A stretch of 32,000 nucleotides of DNA from the NCBI GenBank assembly GCA_902385255.1, contig CABMEV010000001.1:50496-82495 (forward strand). The letters run 5' to 3'. This DNA comes from Candidatus Tiddalikarchaeum anstoanum. GTDB lineage: Archaea > Nanobdellota > Nanobdellia > Tiddalikarchaeales > Tiddalikarchaeaceae. The translations under genes were made by a program, and so were the position numbers. Shown here in pieces: positions 17,203 to 27,681 of this stretch (positions within the stretch are counted from its first letter, which is position 1; the number at the start of each line of letters is the position of its first letter). The notes under the pieces were generated by a model. The model did not search any database, had not been told where the DNA came from, and saw only the letters and a program-made list of their open reading frames with translations.

Positions 17203-18591
17203 TTGAAAATTGCTTTCTTCACTGATAGTTTCCTGCCGAACACAGATGGTGTTGCAGTCGTAACTGATGAGATTGCACAATACCTGGCCAAGAAAGGCCA
17301 TAAGATAACAATCGTATGCCCCGGCAATACGACTGAGATAGTCAAACAGAGCGGCTATAAAGTCATCAGGATAAAATCTTACAGCATAAAATTGTATGAA
17401 GAGCACAAAGTCTGTTTTAAAACACCAGAGTATCTCGAGCAACTGGATGATTTCTCAAAATATGACTTAATCCATTTGCAGACTAACGTAACACTTGCAT
17501 CAATAGGATTCATGGTCGCCTTAAAATATAATAAGCCGATAAGCTGCACTTTCCATACTAACATCGCTGACTTTGTGACTAGTTTTTTTGACGAGAACGT
17601 ATTGATGGGCAAGAAAAATATAATGTATGACTTAATCGGAAAAAACAAGATAATATTATCCATTTTAAGGAAATTCTCAGACAGCATAATGTGGAAACTA
17701 ACAAGGGATTTCCATAACGCTGTGCCTTCAACGTCCGTCCCGTCACATTATTGCAAGGCGCTCCTGAGGAAGAAGGGAGTAAAGAATGACATATTTGTGA
17801 TTCCAAATCCAGTAAATCCATCGCACAGCGGCCGCGAATATTTCAAGAAATTCCCAGTTAAAGACAAATTCGTACTGCTTCACGTCGGCAGGTTAAGCGT
17901 TGAAAAAAGGGTCAACCTGTTAATAGAAGCCGCAGCGGAACTTAAAGACAAGATTCCTAATCTGCAGATTATTATCTGCAGCGAAGGCCCTATGAGAAGT
18001 TATCTTGAACGAATTGCAAAGAGGAAACACGTGGAAAAAATAGTCAAGTTTACAGGATGGGTTTCAAGGGATGAGTTAAACTTTTTGTACGAGCAGTCAA
18101 GCATAGTGACAGGCTTCGGGCTTTTTGAAACGTTCAATCTCTGCATTGCTGAAGCATTAATTTACGGAAAGCCTGTAGTGGTTAGTGACGCTGGACCTTT
18201 AAGTGAATTCGTCAACAATAATGGTTTTGTGGTTCCTGTTAATAATGAGGAAGTTGTTAAGATATCAGAAAGCATATTAAAATTATACTCTAATAAGTCA
18301 TTGTATAACAAGTATTCATTAAACAGCAGGAAATTAGGCAAGGCTTACAACTATGATGACACCATGACTGTTTTTGAAAATTACCTGATTAATTCGGAAA
18401 AGGCCAATAAGATATTGTTTAAACATTATGTGAATTATATACGATACGTTTCCTCAATAAGTGCTGCTATTAACACGTTATTCTTCACCTTAAGCCTTAA
18501 GTTTAAACAGTTTGATAAGATACAAGAAGCCATGGATGACTTTATAAAAAGTGTCAGTTCCTCACTGCCTAAGTTTAAGAAATCTTTTTAA
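17203..18591 (+). CDS. GT4-type glycosyltransferase, similar in layout to bacterial 1,2-diacylglycerol glucosyltransferases
   Basis: MKIAFFTDSFLPNTDGVAVVTDEIAQYLAKKGH, LHVGRLSVEKRVNLLIEA, ETFNLCIAEALIYGKPVVVSDAGPLSEF. Confidence 0.88.
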   Translation: MKIAFFTDSFLPNTDGVAVVTDEIAQYLAKKGHKITIVCPGNTTEIVKQSGYKVIRIKSYSIKLYEEHKVCFKTPEYLEQLDDFSKYDLIHLQTNVTLASIGFMVALKYNKPISCTFHTNIADFVTSFFDENVLMGKKNIMYDLIGKNKIILSILRKFSDSIMWKLTRDFHNAVPSTSVPSHYCKALLRKKGVKNDIFVIPNPVNPSHSGREYFKKFPVKDKFVLLHVGRLSVEKRVNLLIEAAAELKDKIPNLQIIICSEGPMRSYLERIAKRKHVEKIVKFTGWVSRDELNFLYEQSSIVTGFGLFETFNLCIAEALIYGKPVVVSDAGPLSEFVNNNGFVVPVNNEEVVKISESILKLYSNKSLYNKYSLNSRKLGKAYNYDDTMTVFENYLINSEKANKILFKHYVNYIRYVSSISAAINTLFFTLSLKFKQFDKIQEAMDDFIKSVSSSLPKFKKSF

Positions 18592-18617
18592 AACCACCCA
18601 TTATTAGTTTTGGAATA

Positions 18618-18734
18618 ATGAAGAGAAATTCAAGGCGCTGGAAAAAGTACCTGCAATCAAGATGGAAGTGGCAGAAGAAGCGCATTAAAGACCGAAAGCA
18701 CAGAAGACAACAGAGAAAGGCTAGAACAATCTAA
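18618..18734 (+). CDS. 38-aa highly basic peptide (not in supplied ORF track); eL41-like candidate
   Basis: Own translation: MKRNSRRWKKYLQSRWKWQKKRIKDRKHRRQQRKARTI. Confidence 0.5.
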   Translation: MKRNSRRWKKYLQSRWKWQKKRIKDRKHRRQQRKARTI

Positions 18735-18873
18735 ATCTAGTTATACCTTAAAAATAAGACCTTTCTAACCAGAAGAGGTATAACAAAAATTTCTTTTTTT
18801 TAATTGAAAACTATATAGTTTAAAGCTAATCTTTTATAAATAAAAGATACCCTAATAATTAATCATAAAATCT

Positions 18874-18957
18874 GCGGGGTTGCCGGAGTGGTCAAACGGG
18901 CATGGCTAAGGACCATGTGGCTTAGTGCCTACGCGAGTTCGAGTCTCGTATCCCGCA
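18874..18957 (+). tRNA. tRNA-Leu with anticodon AAG (18908-18910)
   Basis: Acceptor GCGGGGT/ATCCCGC, anticodon stem CATGG/CCATG with loop CTAAGGA, long variable arm GGC-TTAGT-GCC, T-arm GCGAG-TTCGAGT-CTCGT (4 Watson-Crick plus G-T), discriminator A. Confidence 0.85.
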
Positions 18958-19185
18958 CTAATTCAAAATTTTTAGTTTTTTAAGCTCCGTTTGCAGTTTA
19001 TACTCATTAAACCAAATTATTCCTGCAACAAGTAATAACAGGAATAGTCCGAATCTAGGCACGAATAGGAGCGCCCATGAGAATATGGAATAATACCTTA
19101 ATTGTTTAATCTTCTTTTTGACTTCTAATACTTTTTCGTGCATGTTAAACAAACAGGGTATAAACTCCTTATTAAACCTTTCCAA
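18958..19185 (-). CDS. Small membrane protein with N-terminal coiled region
   Basis: 75 aa, FSWALLFVPRFGLFLLLLVAGIIWF. Confidence 0.5.
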   Translation of the reverse strand: MERFNKEFIPCLFNMHEKVLEVKKKIKQLRYYSIFSWALLFVPRFGLFLLLLVAGIIWFNEYKLQTELKKLKILN

Positions 19186-19224
19186 AAAAGATTAAAAAAC
19201 ACTCATGCTTTGTTAAAATAGTTC

Positions 19225-19560
19225 ATGAACAATAAGAAATTAGCGCTAAAAATCAAAAGCGTATTATGCTACTCAGGACTGCCTGCGTTTATATTCCTAA
19301 ATTCCAAGGAGAATATAATAAGATTCCATGCTAAACAAGGAGTTTTACTGTTCATAACCGCGGTTTTAGCGCTTTTCATACCTATAATCGGGTGGATACT
19401 GGTTTGGCCCTTCGTTTTTGTAAATTCTTTCATAGCTGCAGTCAAAGCGTGGGATTTAAAAATGTGGAGCACGCCTATTACTAACATTGTCAAAACATTC
19501 AAATTTAATACGGAGGTGAAATGTTTTGGTTTCAAAAAAAGTAGCAAAAAAAGAAGTTAA
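19225..19560 (+). CDS. Tic20/DUF4870-like small membrane protein
   Basis: KSVLCYSGLPAFIFLNSKENIIRFHAKQGVLLFI...IPIIGWIL. Confidence 0.65.
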   Translation: MNNKKLALKIKSVLCYSGLPAFIFLNSKENIIRFHAKQGVLLFITAVLALFIPIIGWILVWPFVFVNSFIAAVKAWDLKMWSTPITNIVKTFKFNTEVKCFGFKKSSKKRS

Positions 19561-19870
19561 AAAAGCAGTAGTAAAAGAGGAAAATGCAAGTAAAGGAGAC
19601 GTTGAATCAGGAAAGACTCTTGCAGTAGTTTCATACCTCTGGATTGCAGGTTTTATAATCCTGTTCACAGAGAAGAAGAATAAATTCGTAATGTTCCACG
19701 CTAAACAAGCAGCAGCACTAGCAGTAGTAGAACTAATACCTGTAGTGAATTTTGTTGCGGCAATAGCAGGACTGTACGGAATAATAACTGCCTTGCAAGG
19801 TAAACAGGTAAGAATTCCTTTAATGTACGAATTCGGAGAATGGATTTACAAAACGTTAAATCCTCAATAA
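19526..19870 (+). CDS. Tic20/DUF4870-like small membrane protein (TTG start), paralog of upstream gene
   Basis: VVSYLWIAGFIILFTEKKNKFVMFHAKQAAALAVVELIPVVNFVAAIAGLYGI; GGAGGTGA at 19512-19519, 6 nt before the TTG. Confidence 0.65.
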   Translation: MVSKKVAKKEVKKAVVKEENASKGDVESGKTLAVVSYLWIAGFIILFTEKKNKFVMFHAKQAAALAVVELIPVVNFVAAIAGLYGIITALQGKQVRIPLMYEFGEWIYKTLNPQ

Positions 19871-19920
19871 AAAGGTAAATTTTTTTTTACCTTCTTATTT
19901 TTTATTTTTTTTAAAATAGT

Positions 19921-20433
19921 ATGTTAACTTATTCTGATGCATTAACACTGCTCAAAGCCGTCGGCTGCTCGGAGCATGTAATAAATCACTGCAAACAGGT
20001 TAGCGAGAAAAGCAAAGAACTAGCTTTGAAACTGTTATTAAAAAGCCATAAAGTTGATGTTGAACTCTGCACCATCGGAGGATTATTGCATGACATTGGA
20101 CGAAGCAAAACGCATTCAATAACTCATGGCGTTGAAGGTGCAAAACTGCTTGAAGCTTATCCTAACCTGGCAAGGATTGCAAAGACCCATACAGGTGCAG
20201 GCATTGATAAAGCGGAGGCAAAAAAGTTAGGACTGCCTCCTGGTGATTATATTCCAAGAACAGTTGAGGAGAAAATAGTCTGCTACTCGGACAAGCTCAG
20301 TGATAATGGTAAAATATCAGATAATGTTATCCCAAGGGTAAAAAGGATGGAAAACGAGTTAGGCAAAGACCACTCTTCAATTCAAAGATTAAAAAAATTA
20401 GAAAAAGAAATAAAAAAATTAATTACTCCTTAA
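19921..20433 (+). CDS. HD/HDIG-domain phosphohydrolase
   Basis: HVINHCKQVSEKSKELA, IGGLLHDIGRSKTHSITHGVEGAKLL, YSDKLSD. Confidence 0.88.
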   Translation: MLTYSDALTLLKAVGCSEHVINHCKQVSEKSKELALKLLLKSHKVDVELCTIGGLLHDIGRSKTHSITHGVEGAKLLEAYPNLARIAKTHTGAGIDKAEAKKLGLPPGDYIPRTVEEKIVCYSDKLSDNGKISDNVIPRVKRMENELGKDHSSIQRLKKLEKEIKKLITP

Positions 20434-20609
20434 AGATTTATCGGGCTTCTGCAGTAGATGCACTTTGCATTAGTTTTATTTTTGTAATCTACTTTTGTTG
20501 GCTTAGCTTTAGTATCTTTTGATTCCTGCAAAGCAATTTTTTCTAATCCTGACAGTCCCGTAATTAGAATAGGTGCCATGCATTCATTACACGAATAAAG
20601 TTTTTCCAT
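20430..20609 (-). CDS. 59-aa zinc-binding-like protein (not in supplied ORF track)
   Basis: Own translation: MEKLYSCNECMAPILITGLSGLEKIALQESKDTKAKPTKVDYKNKTNAKCIYCRSPINL; CxxC...CxxC. Confidence 0.6.
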   Translation of the reverse strand: MEKLYSCNECMAPILITGLSGLEKIALQESKDTKAKPTKVDYKNKTNAKCIYCRSPINL

Positions 20610-20686
20610 TCATTAATTGTTAAAATATCTTATTTAAAAATATTATTATTTAAAAAAAATTAAAGAAAAAAAGATTAAAATTATTT

Positions 20687-21238
20687 TTAAAATTCAACTT
20701 TTGGAGTTTTCTTCTCGGTTTCTGAAACTTGGAATAATTCCCTTGCTTTTAAGCTCATCATGCCTGCAACTATATTGTCAGGGAATTGAGCTATCTTAAT
20801 GTTGAATGTGTTTACGCTGTCGTTGTAAGTTTCTCTTCTTCCTGCAATGTCAGTTTCCAGTGTTGAAATTCTTCCTTGCAACTGCATGAAGTTATCATTA
20901 GCTTTAAGTGTAGGATAGTTCTCTGCAACCGCAAACATAGTCTTTAATGCACCATTAAGCATTCCTTCAGCGTGCGCTTTTTCAGGGATTGATTTTGCTT
21001 TGCTCCAAGCGCTCCTAGCTTCAGTTATTGCGGTCAATGTGTCTTTCTCGTGCTTCATGTATCCTTTGACAGTGTTTACAAGGTTTGGTATCTCATCAAA
21101 ACGCTGCTTAAGCAGGACATTTATATTGCTCCAAGTCTTGTCTATCTCGTTTCTTAATGTTACAAAATTATTGTAAATTGAAACGAAATATAATGCTATT
21201 CCAAGTAGGATTACTACAGGTATTACGATTTCTAACAT
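20687..21238 (-). CDS. lemA: LemA family protein
   Basis: IYNNFVTLRNEIDKTWSNINVLLKQRFDEIPNLVNTVKGYMKHE, NLQGR-like MQLQGRISTLETDIAGRRETYNDSVNTFN. Confidence 0.93.
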   Translation of the reverse strand: MLEIVIPVVILLGIALYFVSIYNNFVTLRNEIDKTWSNINVLLKQRFDEIPNLVNTVKGYMKHEKDTLTAITEARSAWSKAKSIPEKAHAEGMLNGALKTMFAVAENYPTLKANDNFMQLQGRISTLETDIAGRRETYNDSVNTFNIKIAQFPDNIVAGMMSLKARELFQVSETEKKTPKVEF

Positions 21239-21325
21239 GGTTTAATCAAAAGGCTGTAATAATTAAAAAGATTTACTTTAAGCAGTTTAAGAAAGTTTTA
21301 AAAGAAATATTGGTTAATACTTTTT

Positions 21326-22627
21326 ATGAACCGCGTTTTAATAAAAGACTTGAAAACAGGCGAGAAGCAGGTAATTTATGGCTTCGTTCAGGAAGTAAGG
21401 GAGCTTAGCAGCATCATTTTCTTGGTTATCCGCGACGTCAGCGGAATACTACAAACTGTTGTTAAAAAAGATAATAAGATTTTATTCGACTTGGCTAAAA
21501 AAATAAATAAAGAATCAGTAGTCTCAGTTTCAGGCATCGTTAATGCAAGCAAACAAGCACCTGGCGGGAAAGAATTAGTCATTGAAAATTTGGAAATAAT
21601 AAGCAGGGCTGAAACACCATTACCTATCCCTGTTATTGAAAAAGGTGAAGTAACGACTGCACTCGATAAAAGATTTGACTGGAGATTCCTGGATTTAAGA
21701 AAAGAAAAGAATACTCTGATGTTCAAAGTGTCTACTGCTGTTGAAAAAGGAATGAGGAATTATTGGAACACGAACGGTTACATAGAGATTCATACGCCTA
21801 AGATTATAGGAACAGCATCCGAATCAGGCGCTGAAGTTTTCATGCTGCCTTACTTTGGAAGGGAAGCATTCTTGGCGCAGAGTCCGCAGTTTTACAAGCA
21901 GGAAGCGATGGCTGCAGGTTTTGAAAAAGTCTTTGAAATAGGCACAGTGTTTAGAGCTGAGAATAGCCACACGACCAGGCACTTAACAGAGATTGTAATG
22001 ATTGACATGGAAATCTCATATATTAAGGACCATTTCAGCGTAATGGATGAAGAAGAAGCCATGCTGAAACACATGCTTAAAATAGTCAAGGAAGAATATG
22101 GCAGCGAGATAAAAAGAGTCTTTAACATCGATATTAACATCCCTGCCAAGTTTCCAAGAATCAGCTTCGCTGAAGCCAACGAGATTATAAAGAAGATGAA
22201 AGGCGAAGTTGAAGAGAATGACTTAACAAGCGCTGGTGAAAAGATGCTTGGAGAGTGGGCTAAAAAAGAACATGGCAGCGACTTCTTATTCGTGTACAAT
22301 TATCCTTGGGCTAAAAAACCATTCTATCACATGAAGGATGATAAGACACCTAACACTACAAAGAGCTTCGACCTGTTATATAAAGGATTAGAAATAACAT
22401 CAGGCTCGCAGAGGGAACACAAGTATGAAATATTAATCAAGCAAGTTAAGGAGAAAAAACTAAGCGAAGAGCCGCTTAAGGATTACTTAAACGCTTTCAG
22501 GTATGGAATTCCGCCTCATGGAGGTTTGGGTATAGGTCATGCCAGAGTCGTCCAGCAAATGCTCGGATTGGAGAACGTGAGAGAAGCAACATACATACCA
22601 AGAGACACGGAAAGAATAACACCTTAA
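21326..22627 (+). CDS. aspS: Aspartyl-tRNA synthetase, archaeal type
   Basis: OB-fold N-terminus, FDWRFLDLRKEKN, FLAQSPQFYKQEAMAAGFEKVFEIGTVFRAENSHTTRHLTEI, GGLGIGHARVVQQMLGLENVREATYIPRDTERITP. Confidence 0.96.
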   Translation: MNRVLIKDLKTGEKQVIYGFVQEVRELSSIIFLVIRDVSGILQTVVKKDNKILFDLAKKINKESVVSVSGIVNASKQAPGGKELVIENLEIISRAETPLPIPVIEKGEVTTALDKRFDWRFLDLRKEKNTLMFKVSTAVEKGMRNYWNTNGYIEIHTPKIIGTASESGAEVFMLPYFGREAFLAQSPQFYKQEAMAAGFEKVFEIGTVFRAENSHTTRHLTEIVMIDMEISYIKDHFSVMDEEEAMLKHMLKIVKEEYGSEIKRVFNIDINIPAKFPRISFAEANEIIKKMKGEVEENDLTSAGEKMLGEWAKKEHGSDFLFVYNYPWAKKPFYHMKDDKTPNTTKSFDLLYKGLEITSGSQREHKYEILIKQVKEKKLSEEPLKDYLNAFRYGIPPHGGLGIGHARVVQQMLGLENVREATYIPRDTERITP

Positions 22628-22669
22628 AAAATAACATTTTTAAATACGTTTTTTTTGTTTATTTAACTG

Positions 22670-23296
22670 ATGAACACGGACCAGGTATTGTTCTACAAAT
22701 GTTTAGGGACGTTGGATAAAAATTTAGGTGACCATATTCATTATTGTATAGAGTGGAATAAGGTTACTGAAAAACTGATTGATTGTGTAAACAATCTTCT
22801 TCCGGAAACTGTCCAGTACTTATTTGAAACTGTTGAACAAAAATACAAAGAAAACAAATTTGAAGTTACATCTGCGGATTTTGAAGTGTGCTACAAAAAC
22901 CTCGAAAAAATATTAACGCTAACAATGCCGGTGCTAAAAAGAAAAATATACGAACAGTTTAACAATAGGGCGAAATATATGAATTTTATGGATGATTTTG
23001 TCACTAAGGTGGACATAACTCCAAAACAAGTGGTTGATATTTGTAATATTTTAACCAGGAATGAAACGAGATGTTATGTATCAATATTATCTTATTATAT
23101 TAAAAATAGAAGTGACGCGAAAGCGTTTAATATTATTAGCAAGAAATTTGAAAACAAGCCTATAAAAACAGTAATGGCAGATATAGCAGACACTCTCGAT
23201 GATAATACTAGGTTCTTCTCTCCTACAACAGTGGAATCTTATTATATTCAGGCGTTGATGGATAATCTTATAGCGAATCCTATTTTTAAACGATAA
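22670..23296 (+). CDS. Hypothetical helical protein
   Basis: 208-aa ORF. Confidence 0.6.
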   Translation: MNTDQVLFYKCLGTLDKNLGDHIHYCIEWNKVTEKLIDCVNNLLPETVQYLFETVEQKYKENKFEVTSADFEVCYKNLEKILTLTMPVLKRKIYEQFNNRAKYMNFMDDFVTKVDITPKQVVDICNILTRNETRCYVSILSYYIKNRSDAKAFNIISKKFENKPIKTVMADIADTLDDNTRFFSPTTVESYYIQALMDNLIANPIFKR

Positions 23297-23592
23297 TTAT
23301 TTTTTTTCAAAACGTTTATAAATAAAAAAGATACAATAAATGCTTAGTAAATCTATGTGTAAGCTCATCCACGCGTATGTTGGGCTTACGAAATATTTAT
23401 AAACGATTCAAGTACTTTTTTAGTATTACGTGAGTATCATAAAAGCGATTTTTATGATATGAATATTCATAGTGGTTGATTGTGTCGCAAGAGAAAAATT
23501 CGGTTTTTTCCGCGAACAGCAATAAAAAACAATTCCTAAATAGTTTAATAAACCAAAAAACCCAGAGGGATCAAAAAAAAATTATGGAAGCA

Positions 23593-25060
<1,468 letters not shown>

Positions 25061-25250
25061 TTTATTTTCTTTTTCTCGAGAATTTTTCGAGAAACTGGGA
25101 AAAAGAAATATATACCTTATTTATTTAGATGTGTGTGTAGAAGTGGAAAAAACACTTGCGTACAACATCAACCACTTACTTTTTTATTTTTACAAAACCT
25201 AGCGAGAGCTAGCAAAAACCTTATAAGCATCTTTTTTTAGTTCAATTATT

Positions 25251-26249
25251 ATGTTAAAATCACAGGAAGAATCCGCCTTAGAAAGAGTATTATATACTTT
25301 ATCTTTAGATAGTGATTTTAGTCAAGCTATACGTTCATCAAAAAGTACAGAGTATTTATCTGAAAATCCATATATACTACTTCATTCTATGCCTGCTTTT
25401 AGAGAATCATTTTTTAAAGTATTCCTTGACCAGCAGTACAGAATTTTTTCTAAAGGTGTAGATACAAATGAAGCAGATAAAGATAGAAATTACGCTTATC
25501 ATCTGCTTTCCAGGATTTCAAACATTGAAGAGTTAGCAAAGATGTTAAAATTAGAATTGCCTAAAGAGTATTTCGAAAAAAGAGCAATGTTTTGCAAAGA
25601 GACAAAAACATCAATGATAAGTTTACTGTTTAAAGAGTCAAACTTAGATACACCTAATTGTTCTTTTGGTTTTGAATCTCTTTTTAGCGGATTAAAAGCT
25701 ATTTTTGAAGCAGCAAACACTGCAATTCCTAATCTGGATGATGCACGAAAAGAGACATATAAATTACTTATTCCTAGATTAGAAGAATGTATTAGTACTA
25801 ACTTAGCCAGGAAAAACATGTTTCTTCAAGATATTATTGCATTTTCTTGGGAATTTACTTATTTAAATCATATGCTTAAATATATTGGCGCAAAGATTGA
25901 TGAAAAAGGTATGAAGTTAAGAAATGATGTGTTTATACAAGTAGCGGATGATTTAAAAATTAATCAATCAAAAATTGAGGATATTTATAGACTATCTGCC
26001 ATTTATAACTTATTTACTAAGCTTATTATACAATTAAAACCAGATTTTAATAATGCTGAATTAAAAAATGCATTTTCAAAACTAGTATCAGTTGAAAAAA
26101 ATGAAGTAACTTATGACTGCACATCTAAATTTTATCAAGATTTAGAGATTCTAGCTGAAAATAAGTTTAGTTTAGATACAAGTCTTGACGATGAAACTAA
26201 TGAACTTTTACTCGGCAAAGTAGACAATCTTAAATTTATAAAACAATAA
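25251..26249 (+). CDS. Hypothetical helical protein
   Basis: 332-aa ORF. Confidence 0.65.
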   Translation: MLKSQEESALERVLYTLSLDSDFSQAIRSSKSTEYLSENPYILLHSMPAFRESFFKVFLDQQYRIFSKGVDTNEADKDRNYAYHLLSRISNIEELAKMLKLELPKEYFEKRAMFCKETKTSMISLLFKESNLDTPNCSFGFESLFSGLKAIFEAANTAIPNLDDARKETYKLLIPRLEECISTNLARKNMFLQDIIAFSWEFTYLNHMLKYIGAKIDEKGMKLRNDVFIQVADDLKINQSKIEDIYRLSAIYNLFTKLIIQLKPDFNNAELKNAFSKLVSVEKNEVTYDCTSKFYQDLEILAENKFSLDTSLDDETNELLLGKVDNLKFIKQ

Positions 26250-26300
26250 AAGTTCTAAATCATTATCCTTATAATAGCAAGGATTTCTTTAATTTATTTT

Positions 26301-26660
26301 ATGATATTTTATATTCACAAGCCTATTCAGCTGCGTGTATACGCAAGCAGAAAAAATATTAATAATTATTTTAAGTATAATGTCAGGGAGTTGGAGCGTG
26401 AAGTGCTGGTTCCAAGATGCATTGAGGAAGAATTAATACCCTATAATGACAAAAAAGTCTTAGTGAATGTTATGGGTTTAAACGAAAGAAATATTGAATT
26501 CCTGCTTATTTACGGATACGTATCAAAAGAACGCGTCTTTAGAACTAATGAAGGAGTGGCATTATTTGCCAAAGAGATACCAAAATCAGATATTGAAGGT
26601 GTTAAAAAAGCAGTGCTAAATTATTACAATTTTGAGAAACCTCTATCTTTCATAGACTAG
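26301..26660 (+). CDS. Hypothetical protein
   Basis: 119-aa ORF, ATG start. Confidence 0.55.
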   Translation: MIFYIHKPIQLRVYASRKNINNYFKYNVRELEREVLVPRCIEEELIPYNDKKVLVNVMGLNERNIEFLLIYGYVSKERVFRTNEGVALFAKEIPKSDIEGVKKAVLNYYNFEKPLSFID

Positions 26661-26701
26661 AAAACCTTTTTTAATAATTAATAAGTTAAGTATTCTTTAA
26701 T

Positions 26702-27028
26702 TTGAAAGCGGAAATTGCGTCAAAACCTGAACCTGAAGAGATAATAGTGGATGCTGCAAAGCATAAGAGTCCTTCAAAAAGCGAAGTGAAATCCGACACG
26801 TTCACCCATAATAGAGATAAGGTTATTTCCTTTCTAAGGATTTTACTGCTCACAATGCTGTTTATAGTTGTTATTTTCTCATTGTTAATAACTAAGATGT
26901 TATTCTCGCCTAATCCTAATCCATGGGTACTCTTTGGCATGATAGCAGTAATGGTATTGCCAACAATATTCGTAATGGCCTTCCTGTTCAGGTTTTTAGT
27001 GAATTATATGGGCATGAAGAAGGATTAA
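26702..27028 (+). CDS. Small membrane protein with two TM segments
   Basis: 108 aa, TTG start, VISFLRILLLTMLFIVVIFSLLI and WVLFGMIAVMVLPTIFVMAFLFRFLVNY. Confidence 0.5.
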   Translation: MKAEIASKPEPEEIIVDAAKHKSPSKSEVKSDTFTHNRDKVISFLRILLLTMLFIVVIFSLLITKMLFSPNPNPWVLFGMIAVMVLPTIFVMAFLFRFLVNYMGMKKD

Positions 27029-27041
27029 AGAGGAATGGAAA

Positions 27042-27164
27042 TTAGAACTTTTTTTTAGCAGAGCAGCAACACATTTTTTTTGAACTAAGTTTGAGTAGTT
27101 CTTTGTTTATCGCGTAGTTGCGAATCTTTTTCGCTGGATGCTTTTTTAAGCTCTTTTTCTCCAT
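27042..27164 (-). CDS. 40-aa basic Cys-containing peptide, tentative (not in supplied ORF track)
   Basis: Own translation: MEKKSLKKHPAKKIRNYAINKELLKLSSKKMCCCSAKKKF. Confidence 0.25.
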   Translation of the reverse strand: MEKKSLKKHPAKKIRNYAINKELLKLSSKKMCCCSAKKKF

Positions 27165-27681
27165 TCCTCCTTAACTCTTTTTTTTGGGTCCATGTAATTA
27201 AAAAATAAAAAATTAAAAAATGTTAAATTTTTTTAGTTGAGTTGAAAAATAAAATAAGTGCAATTTTAGCATAGTTAGTTTTTCGTTTTAGTACAGAGCA
27301 AGACAGTAATTAAGCAAGTGTCGCTTTTGACTTGGGTCCCAAACAATTTCAGGGGACTGGTCGTTTTCGATTACATTTTTTTTCTTGGATTTACTAATCT
27401 AAACTAGTCATGCTGTTCTTTAATTGCAAATATTTTATTTTTTTAAAACAACCCTCGAGAAATTCTTAGAAATTTTGTGCTTTCATCGGGTTAGTATCTT
27501 GAAAAACATGATGTTATGGCGCCTGCTACTTTAATGAGCCATACACATACGTGATTCAAGTTATTAACCACAACTTAAAAGTTAAACGCTAGTTATATAA
27601 AAAACCTTCGAAGTAATATATCGAGTCACTAAATAGTTATTAAAAATGTTTATATACGTTAATCCTTTTTGCATCTAAAAT

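Noticed and set aside
17094-17821. Minus-strand ORFs 17094-17345, 17158-17442, 17379-17687 and 17579-17821
   Set aside because: Antisense to the GT2/GT4 genes, which have clear motifs.
21388-22299. Minus-strand ORFs 21388-21726 and 21892-22299
   Set aside because: Antisense to aspS; shadow ORFs caused by coding composition.
27240-27610. SRP RNA or RNase P RNA in the long intergenic region
   Set aside because: The conserved SRP helix 8 and RNase P core motifs were not recognisable on either strand by eye; only an Rfam scan could settle it.
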